NCBI GenBank assembly: GCA_964016885.1
Contig: OZ024742.1
Coordinates: 162,812,001-162,876,000, forward strand
Direction of reading: 5' to 3'
Origin: Eledone cirrhosa
Taxonomy: Eukaryota
Length of the DNA: 64,000 nucleotides
The notes under the pieces: model-generated
Told to the model about the DNA's origin: nothing
The model's database searches: none
The model's input: the letters and a program-made list of their open reading frames with translations, nothing else
Translations under genes and position numbers: made by a program
Part shown: piece after piece, positions 1-11,199 of the stretch
Numbering within the stretch: the first letter of the stretch is position 1
How the letters are laid out: the number at the start of each line of letters is the position of its first letter

Positions 1-41
1 CCTGATTTTTTTTACAAATTATCTCCCCCTGATTTTTTTAC

Positions 42-636
42 AAATTATCTCCCCTTGGCTGGCTGGAAATTATCTCCCCTTGGAGGCTGGAATTTATCTC
101 CCCTTGGACGGCTAGAAATTACCTCTCCTTGGACGGCTGGAAAATATTTCTCCTTGGACGGCTGGATATTATCTACCCTTGGACGGGTGGAAATTATCTC
201 CCCTTGGACGGCTGGAAATTATCTCCCCTTGGACGGCTAGATATTACCTCCCCTTGGACGGCTGGAAATTATCTCCCCATGATTTTTTTTACAAATTATC
301 TCCCCCTGATTTTTTTTTTACAAATTATCTCCCCCTGATTTTTTTACAAATTATCTCCCCCTGATTTTTTTTACAAATTATCTCCGCCTGATTTTTTTAA
401 ATATTATCTTCCCTTGGCTGGCGGGAAATTATCTCCCCTTGGACGGCTGAAAATTATCTCCCCTTGGGCGGCTGGAAATTATCTCCCCTTGGACGGCTGG
501 AAATTATCTCCCCTTGATTTTTTTTACAAATTATCTCCCCCTGATTATTTTTTACAAATTATCTTTCCCTGATTTTTTTTTACAAATTATCTCCCCCTGA
601 TTTTTTTTACAAATTATCTCCCCCTGATATTTTTAC
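42..636 (+). repeat. Representative ~595-bp basic module: long A cassette (9 units), B run, short A cassette (GCTGGCGGG-led), B run
   Basis: A spacers in order: GCTGGCTGG, GAGGCTGG, GACGGCTAG, GACGGCTGG, GACGGCTGG, GACGGGTGG, GACGGCTGG, GACGGCTAG, GACGGCTGG. Then five B units ending CTCCGCCTGA(T)7AAAT, then ATTATCTTCCCTTGGCTGGCGGG. The next long cassette has its TTG at 650 versus 55. Confidence 0.9.
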
Positions 637-3600
637 AAATTATCTCCCTTTGGCTGGCTGGAAATTATCTCCCCTTGGAGGCTGGAATTTATCTCCCCTT
701 GGACGGCTAGTAATTACCTCTCCTTGGACGGCTGGAAAATATGTCTCGTTGGAGGGCTGGAAATTATCTCCCCTTGGATGGCTGGAAATTATCTCCCCTT
801 GGACGGCTGGAAATTATCTCTCCTTGGACGGCTAGAAATTACCTCTCCTTGGACGGCTGAAAATTATCTCTCCTTGGACGGCTGGAAATTATCTCCCCTT
901 GGACGGCTAGATATTACCTCCCCTTGGACGGCTGGAAATTATCTCCCCTTGATTTTTTTTACAAATTATCTCCCCCTGATTTTTTTTACAAATTATCTCC
1001 GCCTAATTTTTTTAAATATTATCTTCCCTTGGCTGGCGGGAAATTATCTCCCCTTGGACGGCTGAAAATTATCTCCCCTTGGACGGCTGGAAATTATCTC
1101 CCCTTGATTTTTTTTACAAATTATCTCCCCCTGATTTTTTTTTACAAATTATCTCCCCCTGATTTTTTTTTACAAATTATCTCCCCCTGATTTTTTTTTA
1201 CAAATTATCTCGCCCTGATTTTTTTTTACAAATTATCTCCCCTTGGCTGGCTGGAAATTATCTCCCCTTCGAGGCTGGAATTTATCTCCCCTTGGACGGC
1301 TAGAAATTACCTCTCCTTGGACGGCTGGAAAATATGTCCTTGGACGGCTGGATATTATCTACCCTTGGACGGCTGGAAATTATCTCCCCTTGGACGGCTG
1401 GAAATTATCTCCCCTTGGACGGCTAGATATTACCTCCCCTTGGACGGCTGGAAATTATCTCCCCTTGATTTTTTTTACAAATTATCTCCCCCTGATTTTT
1501 TTTACAAATCTAATGATTTTTTAAAAAAAATTATCTCCCCTTCGCTGGCTGGAAATTATCTCCCCTTGGACGCTGGAAATTATAGCCCCTTGGAGGGCTG
1601 GAAATTATCTTCCCTTGGACGGCTGGAAATTATCTCCCCTTGGCTCGAAATTATCTCCCCTTGGACGGCTAGAAATTATCTCTCTTTGGACGGCTGGAAA
1701 TTATCTCCCTTTGATTTTTTTTACAAATTATCTCCCCCTGATTTTTTTTACAAATCTCCCCCTGATTTTTTAAAAAAAATTATCTCCCCTTCGCTGGCTG
1801 GAAATTATCTCCCCTTGGACACTGGAAATTATAGCCCCTTGGAGGGCTGGAAATTATCTTCCCTTGGACGGCTGGAAATTATCTCTGCTTGATTTTTTTT
1901 ACAAATTATCTCCCCCTGATTTTTTTTTACAAATTATCCCCCCCGATTTTTTTTACAAATTATCTCCCCCTGATTTTTTTACAAATTATCTCCCCTTGGA
2001 CGGCTGGAAATTATCTCCCCTTGGACGGCTGGAAATTATCTCCCCTTGGACGGCTAGAAATTACCTCTCCTTGGACGACTGAAAATTATCTCCCCTTGGA
2101 CGGCTGCAAATTATCTCCCCTTGATTTTTTTTACAAATTATCTCCGCCTGATTTTTTTTTAAAAATTATCTCCCCTTGGACGGCTGGAAATTACCTCCCC
2201 TTGGACGGCTGGAAATTATCTCCCCTTGGACGACTAGAAATTACCTCTCATTGGACGGCTGAAAATTATCTCCCCTTGGACGGCTGGAAATTATCTCCCC
2301 TTGATTTTTTTTACAAATTATCTCCCCCTGATTTTTTTTTACAAATTATCTCCCCCTGATTTTTTTTTTACAAATTATCTCCGCCTGATTTTTTTTTAAA
2401 ATTATCTCTCCTTGGACGGCTAGATATTATCTCCCCTTTCATTTTTTTACAAATTATCTCCCCCTGATTTTTTTTTACAAATTATCTCCCCCTGATTTTT
2501 TTTTACAAATTATCTACCCCTAATTTTTTTTTACAAATTATCTTCCCCTGATTTTTTTTACAAATTATCTCCCCCTGATTTTTTTTTTACAAATTATCTC
2601 CCCCTGATTTTTTTACAAATTATCTCCGCCTGATTTTTTTAAATATTATCTTCTCTTGGCTGGCGGGAAATTATCTCCCCTTGGACGGCTGAAAATTATC
2701 TCCCCTTGGACGGCTGGAAATTATCTCCCCTTGATTTTTTTTACAAATTATCTCCCCCTGATTTTTTTTTACAAATTATCTCCCCCTGATTTTTTTTTAC
2801 AAATTATCTCCCCCTGATTTTTTTTTACAAATTATCTCCCCCTGATTTTTTTTACAAATTATCTCCCCCTGATTTTTTTACAAATTATCTCCCCTTGGCT
2901 GGCTGGAAATTATCTCCCCTTGGAGGCTGGAATTTATCTCCCCTTGGACGGCTAGAAATTACCTCTCCTTGGACGGCTGGAAAATATGTCCTTGGACGGC
3001 TGGATATTATCTACCCTTGGACGGCTGGAAATTATCTCCCCTTGGACGGCTGGAAATTATCTCCCCTTGGACGGCTAGATATTACCTCCCCTTGGACGGC
3101 TGGAAATTATCTCCCCTTGATTTTTTTTACAAATTATCTCCCCCTGATTTTTTTTTACAAATTATCTACCCCTGATTTTTTTTTACAAATTATCTCCCCC
3201 TGATTTTTTTTTACAAATTATCTCTCCCTGATTTTTTTTTACAAATTATCTCCCCCTGATTTTTTTTTACCAATTATCTACCCCTGATTTTTTTTTACAA
3301 ATTATCTCCCCCTGATTTTTTTTACAAATTATCTCCCCCTGATTTTTTTTACAAATTATCTCCCCCTGATTTTTTTACAAATTATCTCCCCCCGATTTTT
3401 TTTACAAATTATATCCGCCTAATTTTTTTAAATATTATCTTCCCTTGGCTGGCGGGAAATTATCTCCCCTTGGACGGCTGAAAATTATCTCCCCTTGGAC
3501 GGCTGGAAATTATCTCCCCTTGATTTTTTTACAAATTATCTCCCCCTGACTATTTTTTACAAATTATCTCCCCCTGATTTTTTTTTACAAATTATCTCCC

Positions 3601-5355
3601 TCTGATTTTTTTTACAAATTATCTCCCCTTGGCTGGCTGGAAATTATCTCCCCTTGGAGGCTGGAATTTATCTCCCCTTGGACGGTTAGAAATTACCTCT
3701 CCTTGGACTGCTGGAAAATATGTCTCCTTGGACGGCTGGAAATTATCTCCCCTTGGACGGCTGGAAATTATCTCCCCTTGGACGGCTGGAAATTATCTCT
3801 CCTCGGACGACTAGAAATTACCTCTCCTTGGACAGCTGAAAATTATCTCCCCTTGGACGGCTGGAAATTATCTCCCCTTGATTTTTTTTACAAATTATCT
3901 CCCCCTGATTTTTTTTTACAAATTATCTCCCCCTGATTTTTTTTACAAATTATCTCCCCCTGATATTTTTTACAAATTATCTCCCCCTGATTTTTTTAAA
4001 AATTATCTCCCCTTGGCTGGCTGGAAATTATCTCCCCTTGGAGGCTGGAATTTATCTCCCCTTGGACGGCTAGAAATTACCTCGCCTTGGACGGCTGGAA
4101 AATATGTCTCCTTGGACGGCTGGAAATTATCTCCCCTTGGACGGCTGGAAATTATCTCCCCTTGGACGGCTGGAAATTATCTCCCCTTGGACGGCTAGAT
4201 ATTACCTCCCCTTGGACGGCTGGAAATTATCTCCCCTTGATTTTTTTTACAATTTATCTCCCCCTGATTTTTTTTTACAAATTATCTCCGCCTGATTTTT
4301 TTTTAAAAATTATCTCCCCTTGAACGGCTGGAAATTATCTCCCCTTGGACGGCTGGAAATTATCTCCCCTTGGACGGCTAGAAATTACCTCTCCTTGGAC
4401 GGCTGAAAATTATCTCCCCTTGGACGGCTGCAAATTATCTCCCCTTGATTTTTTAACAAATTATCTCCCCCTGATTTTTTTTTACAAATTATCTCCCCCT
4501 GATTTTTTTTTACAAATTATCTACGCCTAATTTTTTTTACAAATTATCTCCCCCTGATTTTTTTTTACAAATTATCTCCCCCTGATTTTTTTTACAAATT
4601 ATCTCCCCCTGATTTTTTTTTACAAATTATTTCCCCCTGATTTTTTTACAAATTATCTCCCCCCTGATTTTTTTTACAATCTCCGCCTGATTTTTTTAAA
4701 AATTATCTTCCCTTGGCTGGCGGGAAATTATCTCCCCTTGGACGGCTGGAAATTATATCCCCTTGGAAGGAGGGAAATTATCTCCCCTTGGACGGCTGGA
4801 AATTATCTCCCCTTGGACGGCTGGAAATTATCTCCCCTTGGACAGCTGGAAATTATCTGCCCTTGATTTTGTTTTTACAAATTATCTCCCCCTGATTTTT
4901 TTTACAAATTATCTCCACCTGATTTTTTAAAAAATTATCTCCCCTTGGACGGCTGGAAATTATCTCCCCTTGATTTTTTTACAAATTATCTCCCCCTGAT
5001 TTTTTTTACAAATTATCTCCCCCTGATTTTTTTTTACAAATTATCTCCCCCTGATTTTTTTACAAATTATCTCCCCCTGATTTTTTTTACAAATTATCTC
5101 CGCCTGATTTTTTTAAATATTATCTTCCCTTGGCTGGCGGGAAATTATCTCCCCTTGGACGGCTGAAAATTATCTCCCCTTGGACGGCTGGAAATTATCT
5201 CCCCTTGATTTTTTTTACAAATTATCTCCCCCTGATTTTTTTTTACAAATTATCTCCCCCTGATTTTTTTTTACAAATTATCTCCCCCTGATTTTTTTTT
5301 ACAAATTATCTGCCCCTGATTTTTTTTACAAATTATCTCCCCCTGATTTTTTTAC
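42..5355 (+). repeat. HOR family I, copy a (5,314 bp)
   Basis: The diagnostic cassette (AAAATATTTCTCC...GACGGGTGG...CCCCATGA) starts at 55 and recurs at 5369. Contains the AAATCTAATG/TTCGCTGG/TATAGCCCC module at ~1505-1890. Confidence 0.8.
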
Positions 5356-8300
5356 AAATTATCTCACCTTGGCTGGCTGGAAATTATCTCCCCTTGGAGG
5401 CTGGAATTTATCTCCCCTTGGACGGCTAGAAATTACCTCTCCTTGGACGGCTGGAAAATATTTCTCCTTGGACGGCTGGATATTATCTACACTTGGACGG
5501 GTGGAAATTATCTCCCCTTGGACGGCTGGAAATTATCTCCCCTTGGACGGCTAGATATTACCTCCCCTTGGACGGCTGGAAATTATCTCCCCATGATTTT
5601 TTTTACAAATTATCTCCCCCTGATTTTTTTTTTACAAATTATCTCCCCCTGATTTTTTTACAAATTATCTCCCCCTGATTTTTTTAACAAATTATCTCCG
5701 CCTGATTTTTTTAAATATTATCTTCCCTTGGCTGGCGGGAAATTATCTCCCCTTGGACGGCTGAAAATTATCTCCCCTTGGACGGCTGGAAATTATCTCC
5801 CCTTGATTTTTTTTACAAATTATCTCCCCCTGATTATTTTTTACAAATTATCTTTCCCTGATTTTTTTTTACAAATTATCTCCCCCTGATTTTTTTTACA
5901 AATTATCTCCCCCTGATATTTTTACAAATTATCTCCCCTTGGCTGGCTGGAAATTATCTCCCCTTGGAGGCTGGAATTTATCTCCCCTTGGACGGCTGGA
6001 AATTATCTCTCCTTGGACGGCAAGTAATTACCTCTCCTTGGACGGCTGGAAAATATGTCTCGTTGGAGGGCTGGAAATTATCTCCCCTTGGACGGCTGGA
6101 AATTATCTCCCCTTGGACGGCTGGAAATTATCTCTCCTTGGACGGCTAGAAATTACCTCTCCTTGGACGGCTGAAAATTATCTCTCCTTGGACGGCTGGA
6201 AATTATCTCCCCTTGGACGGCTAGATATTACCTCCCCTTGGACGGCTGGAAATTATCTCCCCTTGATTTTTTTTACAAATTATCTCCCCCTGATTTTTTT
6301 TACAAATTATCTCCGCCTAATTTTTTTAAATATTATCTTCCCTTGGCTGGCGGGAAATTATCTCCCCTTGGACGGCTGAAAATTATCTCCCCTTGGACGG
6401 CTGGAAATTATCTCCCCTTGATTTTTTTTACAAATTATCTCCCCCTGATTTTTTTTTACAAATTATCTCCCCCTGATTTTTTTTTACAAATTATCTCCCC
6501 CTGATTTTTTTTTACAAATTATCTCGCCCTGATTTTTTTTACAAATTATCTCCCCTTGGCTGGCTGGAAATTATCTCCCCTTGGAGGCTGGAATTTATCT
6601 CCCCTTGGACGGCTAGAAATTACCTCTCCTTGGACGGCTGGAAAATATGTCCTTGGACGGCTGGATATTATCTACCCTTGGACGGCTGGAAATTATCTCC
6701 CCTTGGACGGCTGGAAATTATCTCCCCTTGGACGGCTAGATATTACCTCCCCTTGGACGGCTGGAAATTATCTCCCCTTGATTTTTTTTACAAATTATCT
6801 CCCCCTGATTTTTTTTACAAATCTAATGATTTTTAAAAAAAAATTATCTCCCCTTCGCTGGCTGGAAATTATCTCCCGTTGGACGCTGGAAATTATAGCC
6901 CCTTGGAGGGCTGGAAATTATCTCCCCTTGGCTCGAAATTATATCCCCTTGGACGGCTAGAAATTATCTCTCTTTGGACGGCTGGAAATTATCTCCCTTT
7001 GATTTTTTTTACAAATTATCTCCCCCTGATTTTTTTTACAAATCTCCCCCTGATTTTTTAAAAAAAATTATCTCCCCTTCGCTGGCTGGAAATTATCTCC
7101 CCTTGGACACTGGAAATTATAGCCCCTTGGAGGGCTGGAAATTATCTTCCCTTGGACGGCTGGAAATTATCTCTGCTTGATTTTTTTTACAAATTATCCC
7201 CCCCGATTTTTTTTACAAATTATCTCCCCCTGATTTTTTTTACAAATTATCTCCCCTTGGACGGCTGGAAATTATCTCCCCTTGGACGGCTGGAAATTAT
7301 CTCCCCTTGGACGGCTAGAAATTACCTCTCCTTGGACGACTGAAAATTATCTCCCCTTGGACGGCTGCAAATTATCTCCCCTTGATTTTTTTTACAAATT
7401 ATCTCCCCTTGGACGGCTGGAAATTACCTCCCCTTGGACGGCTGGAAATTATCTCCCCTTGGACGGCTAGAAATTACCTCTCATTGGACGGCTGAAAATT
7501 ATCTCCCCTTGGACGGCTGGAAATTATCTCCCCTTGATTTTTTTTACAAATTATCTCCCCCTGATTTTTTTTTACAAATTATCTCCCCCTGATTTTTTTT
7601 TTACAAATTATCTCCGCCTGATTTTTTTTTTAAATTATCTCTCCTTGGACGGCTGGATATTATCTCCCCTTTCATTTTTTTTACAAATTATCTCCCCCTG
7701 ATTTTTTTTTACAAATTATCTCCCCCTGATTTTTTTTTACAAATTATCTACCCCTAATTTTTTTTACAAATTATCTCCCCCTGATTTTTTTTACAAATTA
7801 TCTCCCCCTGATTTTTTTTTTACAAATTATCTCCCCCTGATTTTTTTACAAATTATCTCCGCCTGATTTTTTTAAATATTATCTTCTCTTGGCTGGCGGG
7901 AAATTATCTCCCCTTGGACGGCTGAAAATTATCTCCCCTTGGACGGCTGGAAATTATCTCCCCTTGATTTTTTTTACAAATTATCTCCCCCTGATTTTTT
8001 TTTACAAATTATCTCCCCCTGATTTTTTTTTACAAATTATCTCCCCCTGATTTTTTTTTACAAATTATCTCCCCCTGATTTTTTTTACAAATTATCTCCC
8101 CCTGATTTTTTTACAAATTATCTCCCCTTGGCTGGCTGGAAATTATCTCCCCTTGGAGGCTGGAATTTATCTCCCCTTGGACGGCTAGAAATTACCTCTC
8201 CTTGGACGGCTGGAAAATATGTCCTTGGACGGCTGGATATTATCTACCCTTGGACGGCTGGAAATTATCTCCCCTTGGACGGCTGGAAATTATCTCCCCT

Positions 8301-11199
8301 TGGACGGCTAGATATTACCTCCCCTTGGACGGCTGGAAATTATCTCCCCTTGATTTTTTTTACAAATTATCTCCCCCTGATTTTTTTTTACAAATTATCT
8401 CCCCCTGATTTTTTTTTACAAATTATCTACCCCTGATTTTTTTTTACAAATTATCTCCCCCTGATTTTTTTTACAAATTATCTCTCCCTGATTTTTTTTT
8501 ACAAATTATCTCCCCCTGATTTTTTTTTACCAATTATCTACCCCTGATTTTTTTTTACAAATTATCTCCCCCTGATTTTTTTTACAAATTATCTCCCCCT
8601 GATTTTTTTTACAAATTATCTCCCCCTGATTTTTTTACAAATTATCTCCCCCCGATTTTTTTTACAAATTATATCCGCATAATTTTTTTAAATATTATCT
8701 TCCCTTGGCTGGCGGGAAATTATCTCCCCTTGGACGGCTGAAACTTATCTCCCCTTGGACGGCTGGAAATTATCTCCCCTTGATTTTTTTACAAATTATC
8801 TCCCCCTGATTATTTTTTACAAATTATCTCCCCCTGATTTTTTTTTACAAATTATCTCCCTCTGATTTTTTTTACAAATTATCTCCCCTTGGCTGGCTGG
8901 AAATTATCTCCCCTTGGAGGCTGGAATTTATCTCCCCTTGGACGGTTAGAAATTACCTCTCCTTGGACTGCTGGAAAATATGTCTCCTTGGACGGCTGGA
9001 AATTATCTCCCCTTGGACGGCTGGAAATTATCTCCCCTTGGACGGCTGGAAATTATCTCTCCTCGGACGACTAGAAATTACCTCTCCTTGGACAGCTGAA
9101 AATTATCTCCCCTTGGACGGCTGGAAATTATCTCCCCTTGATTTTTTTTACAAATTATCTCCCCCTGATTTTTTTTTACAAATTATCTCCCCCTGATTTT
9201 TTTTTTACAAATTATCTCCCCCTGATATTTTTTACAAATTATCTCCCCCTGATTTTTTTACAAATTATCTCCCCTTGGCTGGCTGGAAATTATCTCCCCT
9301 TGGAGGCTGGAATTTATCTCCCCTTGGACGGCTAGAAATTACCTCGCCTTGGACGGCTGGAAAATATGTCTCCTTGGACGGCTGGAAATTATCTCCCCTT
9401 GGACGGCTGGAAATTATCTCCCCTTGGACGGCTGGAAATTATCTCCCCTTGGACGGCTAGATATTACCTCCCCTTGGACGGCTGGAAATTATCTCCCCTT
9501 GATTTTTTTTACAATTTATCTCCCCCTGATTTTTTTTACAAATTATCTCCCCCTGATTTTTTTTTACGAATTATCTCCCCCTGATTTTTTTTTACAAATT
9601 ATCTCCGCCTGATTTTTTTTTAAAAATTATCTCCCCTTGAACGGCTGGAAATTATCTCCCCTTGGACGGCTGGAAATTATCTCCCCTTGGAAATTATCTC
9701 CCCCTGGAAATTATCTCCCCTTGGACGGCTGGAAATTATCTCTCCTTGGACGGCTAGTAATTACCTCTCCTTGGACGGCTGGAAAATATGTCTCGTTGGA
9801 GGGCTGGAAATTATCTCCCCTTGGACGGCTGGAAATTATCTCCCCTTGGACGGCTGGAAATTATCTCTCCTTGGACGGCTAGTAATTACCTCTCCTTGGA
9901 CGGCTGGAAAATATGTCTCGTTGGACGGCTGGAAATTATCTCCCCTTGGACGGCTGGAAATTATCTCCCCTTGGACGGCTAGATATTAGCTCCCCTTGGA
10001 CGGCTGGAAATTATCTCCCCTTGATTTTTTTTACAAATTATCTCCCCCTGATTTTTTTTTACAAATTATCACCCCCTGATTTTTTTTTACAAATTATCTA
10101 CCCCTGATTTTTTTTTACAAATTATCTCCCCCTGATTTTTTTTACAAATTATCTCTCCCTGATTTTTTTTTACAAATTATCTCCCCCTGATTTTTTTTTA
10201 CAAATTATCTACCCCTGATTTTTTTTTACAAATTATCTCCCCCTGATTCTTTTTACAAATTATCTTCCCCTGATTTTTTTTACAAATTATCTCCCCCTGA
10301 TTTTTTTACAAATTATCTCCCCCCGATTTTTTTTACAAATTATCTCCGCCTAATTTTTTTAAATATTATCTTCCCTTGGCTGGCGGGAAATTATCTCCCC
10401 TTGGACGGCTGAAAATTATCTCCCCTTGGACGGCTGGAAATTATCTCCCCTTGATTTTTTTACAAATTATCTCCCCCTGATTATTTTTTACAAATTATCT
10501 CCCCCTGATTTTTTTTTACAAATTATCTCCCTCTGATTTTTTTTACAAATTATCTCCCCTTGGCTGGCTGGAAATTATCTCCCCTTGGAGGCTGGAATAT
10601 ATCTCCCCTTGGACGGTTAGAAATTACCTCTCCTTGGACTGCTGGAAAATATGTCTCCTTGGACGGCTGGAAATTATCTCCCCTGGGACGGCTGGAAATT
10701 ATCTCCCCTTGGACGGCTGGAAATTATCTCTCCTCGGACGACTAGAAATTACCTCTCCTTGGACAGCTGAAAATTATCTCCCCTTGGACGGCTGGAAATT
10801 ATCTCCCCTTGATTTTTTTTACAAATTATCTACCCCTGATTTTTTTTTACAAATTATCTCCCCCTGATTTTATTTTACAAATTATCTCCCCCTGATTTTT
10901 TTTTTACAAATTATCTCCCCCTGATTTTTTTACAAATTATCTCCCCCTGATTTTTTTTACAAATTATCTCCGCCTGATTTTTTTAAATATTATCTTCCCT
11001 TGGCTGGCGGGAAATTATCTCCCCTTGGACGGCTGAAAATTATCTCCCCTTGGACGGCTGGAAATTATCTCCCCTTGATTTTTTTTACAAATTATCTCCC
11101 CCTGATTTTTTTTTACAAATTATCTCCCCCTGATTTTTTTTTACAAATTATCTCCCCCTGATTTTTTTTTACAAATTATCTGCCCCTGATTTTTTTTAC
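5356..11199 (+). repeat. HOR family I, copy b (~5,844 bp)
   Basis: Diagnostic cassette at 5369, next at 11213. Same module order as copy a for the first ~4 kb, with a different tail that includes the spacer-less cores at 9674-9707. Confidence 0.8.

Noticed and set aside
61-80. NF-kB/Rel-like site GGAAATTATC(TCC) at A junctions
   Set aside because: It does not fit the GGGRNWYYCC consensus; the resemblance is partial and has no promoter context.
280-400. T-tracts as intrinsic terminators, Pol III terminators or retro-element poly(A) tails
   Set aside because: There is no preceding stable hairpin, gene body or target-site duplication; the tracts are integral parts of monomer B.
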